Shown: positions 1-8,117 of the stretch, piece by piece
Layout of the letters: every line of letters starts with the position of its first letter
Numbering within the stretch: the stretch's first letter is position 1
Assembly: GCA_035462005.1 (NCBI GenBank)
Contig: DATHUT010000306.1
Span: forward strand, 1 to 27,810
Length of the DNA stretch: 27,810 nt
Direction: 5' to 3'
From: Gammaproteobacteria bacterium
GTDB taxonomy: Bacteria > Pseudomonadota > Gammaproteobacteria > DSM-19610
Notes under the pieces: model-generated
What the model was told of the DNA's origin: nothing
What the model saw: the letters and a program-made list of their open reading frames with translations, nothing else
Database searches by the model: none
Translations under genes and position numbers: made by a program

Positions 1-486
1 AACGCCGAGTTGCACAGGCTGGCCGGGGAGGTGGGGGATGTGTTGCGCCGCCTGGAGGCCCGGGTGGTGACGGCGGAGTCCTGTACCGGCGGCTGGGTAG
101 CCAAAGAGCTTACCGCCATCCCCGGTTGTTCCACCTGGTTCGATATGGGTTTCGTCACCTACAGCAACCAGGCCAAGCAGGACCTGCTCGGGGTACGCGC
201 CGGGACCCTGGCGACACAGGGGGCGGTGAGCGAGGCCACGGTGGCGGAGATGGCTGCGGGGGCACTGGCGCGCAGCGGTGCCCATGTGGCCCTGGCCGTC
301 AGCGGCATCGCCGGTCCGGGCGGCGGCAGCCCGGACAAGCCCGTGGGCCTGGTATGTTTCGGCTGGATGACCCGCGCCGGCGACCGGCGCACCGCGAGTG
401 AGCATTTCGTGGGGGATCGGGACGCGGTACGTGCCCAGGCGGTGGCCTGCGCCCTGCGCGGGGTACTGGATGTCCTCGCCAACTGA
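1..486 (+). CDS. pncC: Nicotinamide-nucleotide amidohydrolase (CinA C-terminal domain / PncC), 5'-truncated by the window edge
   Basis: Frame is open from base 1 (NAELHRLAGEVG...). It has the CinA-C motifs TAESCTGG, GFVTYSN, GAVSEATV.EMA.GA and SGIAGPGGGSPDKPVGLV. It sits in the usual position upstream of recA. Confidence 0.9.
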   Translation, partial: NAELHRLAGEVGDVLRRLEARVVTAESCTGGWVAKELTAIPGCSTWFDMGFVTYSNQAKQDLLGVRAGTLATQGAVSEATVAEMAAGALARSGAHVALAVSGIAGPGGGSPDKPVGLVCFGWMTRAGDRRTASEHFVGDRDAVRAQAVACALRGVLDVLAN

Positions 487-1009
487 GGGCTCGCGCCAGC
501 GCCTGTTCTTCGCCCTCTGGCCACCGCCCGAACTGGAGCGGCCGCTGGCGGCGTTGGTGCATCAGCATACGCCCGCGCAGGCTCGCCAGGTACACACCGG
601 CAACCTGCATGTCACCCTGGCCTTCGTGGGCGCGGTGACGGCAGGTACCCGGGCCTGTCTGGAACAGGCCGCGGCGACGGTGCAGGGGGAAGCCTTCGAA
701 CTGATACTGGATCGCATCGGCACCTGGCCCGGCCCTGGCATCCTCTGGCTGGCCCCGGACCGCTGTCCGCCGGCCCTGCAGCGGCTGGCCATGGACCTGC
801 AACAGGCCCTGCAACCCTGCGGCTATGTACCCGAGCAACGCCCCTACCAGCCCCATGTCACCCTGGCCCGTAAACTGAAGGGTGTGGTTCCCGGTACGAC
901 CGTATCCCCGTTACATTGGCCGGTGCGGGATTTCGTCCTGGTGGACTCCGTCACCGGGTCGGCCGGACCCCGTTACCAGGTGCTCGCCCGCTGGCCCTTG
1001 GCGACCTAG
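470..1009 (+). CDS. thpR: RNA 2',3'-cyclic phosphodiesterase (2H phosphoesterase, 2'-5' RNA ligase family)
   Basis: N-terminal RLFFALWP and two HxT motifs (LHVTLAF, PHVTLAR). The ATG at 470 overlaps the end of pncC; the ORF-track start at 398 is an unlikely extension. Confidence 0.88.
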   Translation: MSSPTEGSRQRLFFALWPPPELERPLAALVHQHTPAQARQVHTGNLHVTLAFVGAVTAGTRACLEQAAATVQGEAFELILDRIGTWPGPGILWLAPDRCPPALQRLAMDLQQALQPCGYVPEQRPYQPHVTLARKLKGVVPGTTVSPLHWPVRDFVLVDSVTGSAGPRYQVLARWPLAT

Positions 1010-1041
1010 TTGGGTACCCCTTGTCAGGGCGTTGCCGACTA

Positions 1042-1057
1042 CTGTATATTTACCCAG
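1042..1057 (+). promoter_or_regulatory. LexA (SOS) box
   Basis: CTGTATATTTACCCAG fits the gammaproteobacterial CTG-N10-CAG pattern, with TA and T flanks (TACTG...CAGT). It lies ~200 bp upstream of recA and overlaps a possible TTGTCA(1021)-18 bp-TATATT(1045) promoter. Confidence 0.85.
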
Positions 1058-1158
1058 TCCATGATTCAGACACCTGGCGCCGTGGCTTGTGTGCCAGGTT
1101 CCAAAACTGAGTGTAACTGCAGGGTCGTAAAGCCTTTTAATTGCCTCATGGACAGGAC

Positions 1159-1187
1159 TTAGCAGGTGACCGGGGCTGTGTGATAAT
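1159..1187 (+). promoter_or_regulatory. Putative proximal sigma70 promoter of recA
   Basis: TTAGCA (1159-1164), 17 bp spacer, GATAAT (1182-1187), with a TG immediately upstream of the -10 (extended -10 like). Pattern match only. Confidence 0.45.
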
Positions 1188-1204
1188 CGCAGCCGTTTAC
1201 CACG

Positions 1205-1229
1205 CGCCGGGGCAGGGATGTCCCCGGCG
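1205..1229 (+). promoter_or_regulatory. Putative CsrA/RsmA-binding hairpin in the recA leader
   Basis: Stem CGCCGGGG (1205-1212) / CCCCGGCG (1222-1229) encloses CAGGGATGT, putting GGA in the loop. This matches the core of the CsrA SELEX consensus RUACARGGAUGU. Confidence 0.5.
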
Positions 1230-1255
1230 ACAATCGAACGATGGGGAGAATCAAG

Positions 1256-2296
1256 ATGGATGACAACAAACGCAAGGCGCTCGGCGCCGCCCTTGGCCAG
1301 ATCGAAAAGCAATTCGGCAAGGGTGCCGTGATGCGCATGGGCGACGTGGTCGCCCGCGATGTGGAAGTGGTGTCCAGTGGTTCCCTGGCGCTGGACGTGG
1401 CGCTCGGCGTGGGTGGTTATCCGCGCGGCCGCGTCATCGAGATCTATGGTCCGGAATCCTCCGGCAAGACCACCCTGACCCTGCAGGCCATCGCCGAGGT
1501 GCAGAAGCTCGGCGGCACCGCCGCCTTCGTGGACGCGGAACACGCCCTCGACCCCGGCTATGCCGAAAAGCTGGGTGTCAACGTGGACGATCTGCTGGTA
1601 TCCCAGCCCGACACCGGCGAGCAGGCCCTGGAGATCACCGACATGCTGGTGCGCTCCGGTGCCGTGGACATCGTGGTGGTGGACTCGGTGGCGGCCCTGA
1701 CGCCCAAGGCGGAGATCGAAGGGGAGATGGGTGATTCCCACATGGGTCTGCATGCCCGTCTCATGTCCCAGGCCCTGCGCAAGCTTACCGCCAACATCAA
1801 GCGCTCCAATACCATGGTGATCTTCATCAACCAGATCCGCATGAAGATCGGTGTCATGTTCGGCAGTCCCGAAACCACCACGGGCGGCAACGCCCTCAAG
1901 TTCTATGCCTCCGTGCGTCTCGATATCCGCCGCATCGGCGCCATCAAGAAGGGCGACGAAGTGGTGGGCAATGAGACCCGCGTCAAGGTGGTCAAGAACA
2001 AGGTGGCACCGCCCTTCCGCCAGGCCGAATTCGAGATCCTCTACGGTGAGGGCATCTCCCGTGAGGGTGAACTCATCGAACTGGGCGTGAAGCACGGCTT
2101 CATCGACAAGGCTGGCGCCTGGTACAGCTACCAGGGCGACCGCATCGGCCAGGGTAAGGAAAACGTGCGCCAGTTTCTCAAGGACAACCCGGACATCGCC
2201 AAGACCATCGATGGGCAGGTTCGCGCCGAATTGCTGGTGAAGCCGCGGTCTGCCCCGGCCGACAAGGAAGACCTGGCGGAACTGGAAGAGGCCTAG
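1256..2296 (+). CDS. recA: Recombinase RecA
   Basis: Unmistakable RecA sequence ([23 protein letters not shown], Walker [33 protein letters not shown]). GGAGA RBS at 1245-1249 favours the ATG at 1256 over 1241. Confidence 0.99.
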   Translation: MDDNKRKALGAALGQIEKQFGKGAVMRMGDVVARDVEVVSSGSLALDVALGVGGYPRGRVIEIYGPESSGKTTLTLQAIAEVQKLGGTAAFVDAEHALDPGYAEKLGVNVDDLLVSQPDTGEQALEITDMLVRSGAVDIVVVDSVAALTPKAEIEGEMGDSHMGLHARLMSQALRKLTANIKRSNTMVIFINQIRMKIGVMFGSPETTTGGNALKFYASVRLDIRRIGAIKKGDEVVGNETRVKVVKNKVAPPFRQAEFEILYGEGISREGELIELGVKHGFIDKAGAWYSYQGDRIGQGKENVRQFLKDNPDIAKTIDGQVRAELLVKPRSAPADKEDLAELEEA

Positions 2297-2309
2297 GCCC
2301 CGTCGGGGT

Positions 2310-2759
2310 ATGGACGCGGACCTCGAGTACAGTCCCGCGGACATCCGTGCCCGGGCCCTGAACCTGCTGGCACGGCGCGAGCACAGCCGCCTGGAGCTGG
2401 CACGCAAGCTGCGCCAGCGGGGCATGGCGGGCGCGGACCTGGAACAGGTGCTGGATGAGCTGGCGGCGGCCCGCCTGTTGAGTGACACCCGTTTCGCCGA
2501 AGAGTATGCCCGCAGCCGTGCCGGCCGCGGCTACGGACCCGTGCGCATCCGTGCCGAGCTGCGTGAGCGGGGTATCGATGACGCGGGCATCCAGACAGCC
2601 CTCGGGGAGCTGGACGAGGACTGGTGCCAGCAGGCCCGCGCGGCGCGGCAGCGGCGCTTTGGTGCGGAGCCCCCCGCTGACCTGAAGGAGCGGGCGCGCC
2701 AGAGCCGTTTTCTGCAACAGCGCGGCTTCAGTCCCGAGCAGATCCGCCAGGCCCTGTAG
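2310..2759 (+). CDS. recX: Regulatory protein RecX
   Basis: ALNLLARREHSRLEL, LLSDTRFAE, GYGPVRIRAELRERGI and RFLQQRGFS motifs; directly downstream of recA. Confidence 0.95.
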   Translation: MDADLEYSPADIRARALNLLARREHSRLELARKLRQRGMAGADLEQVLDELAAARLLSDTRFAEEYARSRAGRGYGPVRIRAELRERGIDDAGIQTALGELDEDWCQQARAARQRRFGAEPPADLKERARQSRFLQQRGFSPEQIRQAL

Positions 2760-2889
2760 ACCGGAAAATCCGCTCTCCTTACACGCAGCAGCGTGGTTCG
2801 AGGGGAAATCATCGGGTATACACCTGTTTATCTTCGTGCTCCCAATGGTAGGATTGGTCTTTGGCTGAACGAACCCGAACCTGACCATC

Positions 2890-5498
2890 ATGTCCACCAG
2901 CAAACAACTGCGGCAACAATTCCTGGATTTCTTCCGCGAGCGCGGCCACGAGGTGGTGCCCTCCAGCCCACTGGTGCCGGCGGACGATCCCACCCTGTTG
3001 TTCACCAACGCCGGCATGGTGCAGTTCAAGGACGTGTTCCTGGGCAAGGACCAGCGTGCCTATAGCCGCGCCGTCTCCAGCCAGCGCTGCGTGCGTGCCG
3101 GCGGCAAGCACAATGACCTGGAGAACGTCGGCTACACTGCCCGCCACCACACTTTCTTTGAAATGCTGGGTAATTTCAGCTTCGGCGACTATTTCAAGCG
3201 CGAGGCCATCCAGTACGCCTGGGAATTCCTCACCGTCACCTTGCAGCTACCGCCGGAAAAACTCTGGGTGACGGTGTTCGAGGAGGACGAGGAAGCAGCT
3301 GACATCTGGCTCAAGGAGATCGGGGTGGACCCGGCGCGTTTCAGCCGCATCGGCGCCAAGGACAATTTCTGGTCCATGGGCGATACCGGTCCCTGTGGCC
3401 CCTGCACCGAGATCTTCTACGATCACGGCCCGGACGTGGCCGGCGGCCCACCGGGCTCGCCCGAGGAAGACGGGGACCGCTACATCGAGATCTGGAACCT
3501 GGTGTTCATGCAATACGACCGTGACCGGGAGGGGAATCTCAACCCCTTGCCGCGACCCTCGGTGGATACCGGCATGGGCCTGGAGCGCCTGGCGGCCGTC
3601 ATGCAGGGCGTACACAGCAATTATGAAATCGACCTGTTCCAGCATCTCATCCAGGCCGCTGCCGCCCTGGCCGGTAGCGACGACCTGGAAGACAAATCCC
3701 TGCGTGTCATTGCCGATCACATCCGCGCCTGCGCCTTCCTGGTAGTGGACGGGGTCATGCCCTCCAACGAAGGTCGCGGTTATGTGTTGCGACGCATCAC
3801 CCGGCGCGCCATCCGCCACGGTCACAAGCTGGGCATCCAGGGCAGCTTCTTCCACAAGCTGGTGGAACCCCTGGTGGAGCAGATGGGTGAGGCCTACCCG
3901 GAACTGGTCAAGGCCCGCGAACAGGTGGAGCGGGTACTGCGCCAGGAAGAGGAGCGTTTTGCCGAGACCCTCGACAAGGGTATGCGCATCCTTGAGGAAA
4001 GCATTGCCGACCTGAATGGCAACCTGATCCCCGGTGAGACGGTATTCAAGCTCTACGATACCTACGGCTTCCCCCTCGACCTTACCGCGGACATCGCCCG
4101 GGAACGCAATCTCACTATCGACCTGCAGGGTTTCGAGGCCAGCATGGCGGCACAACGCGACCGTGCCCGGGCCGCCAGCCAGTTTGCCGCCGATTATGGC
4201 GCCGGGGTGGAACTGCAGGATTGCACCGAATTCACCGGTTATGGCCAGCTCACCGATACCAGCCGGGTGATTGGCCTCTACAAGGGCAGTCAGCCTGTGA
4301 CCCAGCTCGAGGCCGGTGAGCAGGGCATGGTGATCCTGGACCATACCGCTTTCTATGCGGAATCCGGTGGCCAGGTGGGTGACCAGGGCGTGCTGGTCAA
4401 CGGCAATGCCCGTTTCGAGGTGCGCGACACCCAGAAGCAGGGCAAGGCCTTCGCCCATCTGGGTATGTTGGGGGCGGGCAGTCTGCGGGTCGGCGACACG
4501 GTGCGTGGCGAAGTGGATGCCGCGCGCCGTCGAGCCACCATGCTCAATCATTCCGCCACTCACCTGCTGCATGCCGCTTTGCGCCAGGTGCTGGGTGAGC
4601 ATGTGCAGCAGAAGGGGTCGCTGGTGAACCCCGAGCGACTGCGCTTCGACTTTGCCCACTTCGAGCCGGTGAGCAGCGGGCAGATCGAAACCCTGGAACG
4701 TATCGTCAACGACCAGATCCGCAGCAATGCTGCCGTGGAAACCCGCCTCATGCCCATTGCCCAGGCCATGGAGTCGGGTGCCGTGGCCCTGTTCGGCGAG
4801 AAATACGGAGACGAAGTGCGGGTGCTGGCCATCGGTGATTTCTCCGTGGAACTCTGTGGCGGAACCCATGTGGAGCGGGCCGGCGATATCGGCCTGTTCA
4901 AGATCGTCAACGAGACCGGTATCGCTTCCGGTGTGCGCCGCATCGAGGCCGTGACCGGCGATGGGGCGCTGGCCTACATCGGTGAGACGGAGAAGAACCT
5001 GCAGCGTATCGCCCAGCTGGTGAAGGGTGGGCGCGAGGACGTCGAGACCCGCGTCGTCCAGTTGATGGATAAGACCCGCAAGCTGGAAAGGAACTGGAAC
5101 AGCTCAAATCAAAGCTGGCCAGCAGTCAGGGTTCCGATCTGGCAGCCCAGGTGGTGGAAGTGGCAGGCATCCAGGTGCTGGCCGCCCGCCTGGACGGGGT
5201 CGATGCCAAGGCCTTGCGCGAGACCGTGGACCAACTCAAGCAGAAACTGGGTTCCGCCGTGGTGCTACTGGCCGTGGTGGAGGAGGGCAAGGTGTCCCTG
5301 GCCGCCGGGGTCACCAAGGACCAGACCGGGCGTATCAAGGCCGGCGAGCTGGTCAATGCCGTGGCCCAACAGGTGGGCGGCAAGGGCGGCGGGCGGCCCG
5401 ACATGGCCATGGCCGGTGGCAGCCAGCCGGAACACCTCGACGCGGCCCTGGCCTCGGTGGCGGACTGGGTGCGCGCCCGCGTCACCGCCACGGCGTAG
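2890..5498 (+). CDS. alaS: Alanine--tRNA ligase, interrupted by a 1-nt deletion at ~5087-5089 (reconstructed join 2890..5088,5088..5498, about 869 aa)
   Basis: [34 protein letters not shown], editing motifs NHSATHLLH and ELCGGTH, and GVRRIEA are in frame up to KLE(5088). The C-Ala domain ([11 protein letters not shown]...[15 protein letters not shown], stop 5496-5498) continues in the -1 frame. Confidence 0.97.
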
Positions 5499-5617
5499 GC
5501 CACGGTTTAATCCCGCGCGGTTTTGTAGTTTAATCTGCGCCTTTGTTTGCGCGGCCTGCCGCGCAGGGTTTCCCAGGCAGTTCTCACTCCCGGCCACGCC
5601 CGGGCGAATGGATCATC

Positions 5618-6838
5618 ATGGCGCTGATTGTTCAGAAGTACGGTGGCACCTCCGTCGGCACGGTGGAGCGCATTGAGGCGGTGGCGGAAAAGGTCATCAA
5701 CTACCGCAATGGCGGAAACGAGGTGGTGGTCGTGGTGTCCGCCATGAGTGGCGAGACCAACCGGCTGGTGGACCTGGCCAAGGCCATCAGCCCGCGCCCC
5801 GCGCCCCGGGAGCTGGATGTGTTGCTGGCCACCGGCGAGCAGACCACCATTGCCCTGTTGAGCATGGCCCTGGAGAAGCGTGGCTGTGCGGCCCGCTCCT
5901 ACACCGGCGGCCAGGTGCATATCCGTACCGATAGCACCCATAACAAGGCCCGCATCCAGGATATTGATGGCACGGCCATCCGCCGCGATCTGCTCGCCGG
6001 ACGGGTGGTGGTGGTGGCGGGTTTCCAGGGCGTGGACGAGCAAGGCAACATCACCACCCTGGGGCGCGGTGGGTCCGATACCACCGCCGTGGCCCTGGCG
6101 GCGGCCCTCAAGGCCGACGAATGCCAGATATTTACCGACGTGGACGGAGTCTATACCACCGATCCACGGGTGGTGCCCGATGCACGCCGACTGGAGCGCA
6201 TCACCTTCGAGGAAATGCTGGAGATGGCCAGCCTGGGCTCCAAGGTGCTGCAGATCCGTTCGGTGGAATTCGCCGGCAAATACAATGTACCCCTGCGTGT
6301 CCTGTCCAGCTTCGAGGAAGGGCCGGGCACGCTGATCACCTATGAGGAAGAGGGAATGGAACAGGCCTTGATCTCCGGCATCGCCTTCAACCGTGACGAG
6401 GCGAAGCTCACCGTGCTGGGCGTGCCCGATCAGCCCGGCATCGCCCACAAGCTGCTGGGCCCCATAGCCGATGCCAATATCGAAGTGGACATGATCGTGC
6501 AGAACGTGAGCCCCGACCAGACGGCCACGGACTTCACCTTCACGGTCCATCGCAACGAGTACGATCGAGCGCTGGAAATTCTCGGCCAGGTGGCACGGGA
6601 ACTGGGTGCCCGCGAAGTGAGTGGGGATAACAAGATCGTCAAGATCTCCATCGTCGGGGTCGGCATGCGCTCCCATGCGGGCATTGCTGCGACCATGTTC
6701 GAGACGCTGGCCCGGGAAGGGATCAATATCCGCATGATTTCCACCTCGGAGATCAAGATTTCCGTCGTGGTGGACGAAAAGTATCTGGAATTGGGCGTGC
6801 GCGCCCTGCATGAGGCCTTTGATCTGGCGCGGGCCTGA
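5618..6838 (+). CDS. lysC: Aspartate kinase (two ACT domains)
   Basis: [46 protein letters not shown] and the C-terminal ACT repeat ([12 protein letters not shown]). An internal GAGGGAATG at MEQALISG would fit an alpha/beta-type internal start. Conserved alaS-lysC-csrA order. Confidence 0.96.
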   Translation: MALIVQKYGGTSVGTVERIEAVAEKVINYRNGGNEVVVVVSAMSGETNRLVDLAKAISPRPAPRELDVLLATGEQTTIALLSMALEKRGCAARSYTGGQVHIRTDSTHNKARIQDIDGTAIRRDLLAGRVVVVAGFQGVDEQGNITTLGRGGSDTTAVALAAALKADECQIFTDVDGVYTTDPRVVPDARRLERITFEEMLEMASLGSKVLQIRSVEFAGKYNVPLRVLSSFEEGPGTLITYEEEGMEQALISGIAFNRDEAKLTVLGVPDQPGIAHKLLGPIADANIEVDMIVQNVSPDQTATDFTFTVHRNEYDRALEILGQVARELGAREVSGDNKIVKISIVGVGMRSHAGIAATMFETLAREGINIRMISTSEIKISVVVDEKYLELGVRALHEAFDLARA

Positions 6839-7002
6839 TTTTCCCGAATCCCGGGAAATGGCAATTAAAATAAAAAGTTAAAATGTGAGCTATAGTTTCT
6901 GTCAGCGTGGCCGACACAGGGGGTGTCCGGTACGCGCCTGGTTCGTACCGATCGCGTAGTACGCGGGATTTGGTTTGCGAAAGCATGTAAGGAGACGTGG
7001 GA

Positions 7003-7203
7003 ATGTTGATACTGACACGCAGGGTGGGTGAAACCCTCATGATCGGTGATGAAGTCACGGTGACAGTTCTGGGTGTCAAGGGCAACCAGGTCCGCATTGG
7101 TGTGAACGCCCCCAAGGATGTTTCGGTCCATAGGGAAGAGATCTACGAGCGCATCAAGCGCGAACAGGACGAGGACAGTTCGCAGGAAGTTGCCGGAAAC
7201 TGA
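7003..7203 (+). CDS. csrA: Carbon storage regulator CsrA/RsmA
   Basis: [51 protein letters not shown]; AAGGAG RBS at 6989-6994. Confidence 0.99.
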   Translation: MLILTRRVGETLMIGDEVTVTVLGVKGNQVRIGVNAPKDVSVHREEIYERIKREQDEDSSQEVAGN

Positions 7204-7223
7204 CCAGGCCAATATATTCAGCC

Positions 7224-7252
7224 TTTACGAATGCACCGGGCACCGGTATCCT
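7224..7252 (+). promoter_or_regulatory. Putative sigma70 promoter of tRNA-Ser
   Basis: TTTACG (7224-7229), 17 bp, TATCCT (7247-7252), upstream of tRNA-Ser. Pattern match only. Confidence 0.45.
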
Positions 7253-7325
7253 ACGCACCTCTCGGGGTCGTAGTGAACCGGTGCCCGATGCGTTTGGTGG
7301 GTGCGTACTCTACCCCCGCAGTTTT

Positions 7326-7415
7326 GGAGAGATGGCCGAGAGGCTGAAGGCGCACCCCTGCTAAGGGTGTATAGGGGAAACTCTATCGAGGGTTCGAATC
7401 CCTCTCTCTCCGCCA
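7326..7415 (+). tRNA. tRNA-Ser (anticodon GCT), long variable arm, encoded CCA
   Basis: GGAGAGA acceptor stem; anticodon arm CACCC-CTGCTAA-GGGTG; variable arm ATAGGG-GAAA-CTCTAT; T arm GAGGG-TTCGAAT-CCCTC; ends TCTCTCCGCCA. Same position as E. coli serV after csrA. Confidence 0.98.
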
Positions 7416-7677
7416 TCCATATAAAAGCCCCGCAAGGGGCTTTTTTTATGGATGGCGGAGAGAGAGCCCGGTGAGAACCCTTCGGTTCGACGGAGCGGCC
7501 GTAGGCCGCGGAGAACGTCGCCGCTTGCGGCGACGGCCCCGAAGGGGTGAGGCCCGCCAGGGCCGAATAATCCCGTTCTGTCCGCAACCACCCAGCCTGC
7601 TGTTGCAGGGCTTTTTTTATGGATGGCGGAGAGAGAGCCCGGTGAGAACCCTTCGGTTCGACGGAGCGACCGTAGGC
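7398..7677. repeat. tRNA-Ser-linked tandem repeat: one full ~171 bp unit plus a truncated second unit
   Basis: 7437-7506 and 7608-7677 are a 70 bp direct repeat with one mismatch (offset 171). 7436-7466 is an inverted copy of 7402-7431 (tRNA 3' end plus trailer). 7570-7590 is a degenerate copy of the tRNA 3' end (ATCCCGTTCTGTCCGCAACCA). Confidence 0.9.
7423..7447 (+). terminator. Intrinsic (bidirectional-type) terminator after tRNA-Ser
   Basis: AAAA-GCCCC-GCAA-GGGGC-TTTTTTT. Confidence 0.85.
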
Positions 7678-7688
7678 ACTATCCACCC

Positions 7689-7717
7689 TTGCACTTTCCT
7701 CCTGGATTCCGGATAAT
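7689..7717 (+). promoter_or_regulatory. sigma70 promoter of tRNA-Arg with GC-rich discriminator
   Basis: TTGCAC (7689-7694), 17 bp, GATAAT (7712-7717), followed by GCCCCGC; 13 bp upstream of the tRNA. Confidence 0.7.
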
Positions 7718-7730
7718 GCCCCGCTCTTAC

Positions 7731-7807
7731 GCGCCCGTAGCTCAGCTGGATAGAGTACTCGGCTACGAACCGAGCGGTCGGGAGTTCGAATCTCTCCGGG
7801 CGCGCCA
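7731..7807 (+). tRNA. tRNA-Arg (anticodon ACG), encoded CCA
   Basis: GCGCCCG/CGGGCGC acceptor stem; D arm GCTC-AGCTGGATA-GAGT; anticodon arm CTCGG-CTACGAA-CCGAG; T arm GGGAG-TTCGAAT-CTCTC; 77 nt. Confidence 0.98.
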
Positions 7808-8037
7808 TACAAGCGAAGCCGCCACCCCTACAGGGTGGCTTTTTCGTTTCAGCGAAGTGCCTTCGGAGAGGTTCGAACTCCCGACGTTTCAATCGGGTCG
7901 AGTTTGACCAGCGGCGCAGCCGCGCAGAACGGCCGCAGGCCGGCCCGCAGGGCGAGGGGCACAGCCCCGAGTCATCTCTCCGGGCGCGCCATACAAGCGA
8001 AGCAGCCACCCCTACAGGGTGGCTTTTTCGTTTCAGC
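7790..8037. repeat. tRNA-Arg-linked repeat element bounded by 64 bp direct repeats
   Basis: 7790-7853 and 7974-8037 are identical except 7820/8004 (offset 184). Each contains the last 18 nt of tRNA-Arg plus a terminator. 7864-7885 is a 21/22 inverted match to tRNA bases 7777-7798. Confidence 0.92.
7821..7844 (+). terminator. Intrinsic terminator after tRNA-Arg (second copy at 8005-8028)
   Basis: GCCACCC-CTACA-GGGTGGC-TTTTT. Confidence 0.8.
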
Positions 8038-8117
8038 AGGCTCCCTTTTGCCCCTGGGGTTTTGTTTGCGAGACACATACGGGATCATGACCATTCCCAA
8101 TGGCCCGGAACCTGTGT

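Noticed and set aside
911-2488. 525 aa minus-strand ORF, and similar long antisense ORFs (3247-4869, 5507-6811, 9617-10960, 18591-20363, 23286-24629, 24693-26042)
   Set aside because: They are shadow frames opposite well-supported genes, as expected from high-GC codon bias; none shows a recognisable protein motif.
5080-5100. Programmed -1 ribosomal frameshift in alaS
   Set aside because: Zero-frame codons are GAA AGG, with no X XXY YYZ heptamer or in-phase A_AAG motif. A homopolymer error is more parsimonious.
5089-5676. C-terminal tail of the 928 aa ORF as a novel AlaRS extension
   Set aside because: It is the out-of-frame read-through after the 1-nt deletion; the true C-Ala domain is in the -1 frame and the tail overlaps lysC.
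6840-6858. Hairpin TTTCCCG-AATCC-CGGGAAA after lysC as an intrinsic terminator
   Set aside because: It is not followed by a U-tract on the + strand, so its function cannot be supported.
7398-8037. CRISPR array interpretation of the repeats
   Set aside because: Repeats are 64-70 bp with 171-184 bp periods, only two copies each, derived from tRNA sequence, and no cas genes are present.
7790-8037. Prophage or large genomic island at tRNA-Arg
   Set aside because: The direct repeats are only 184 bp apart and no integrase or phage gene is in the window; the downstream genes look chromosomal.
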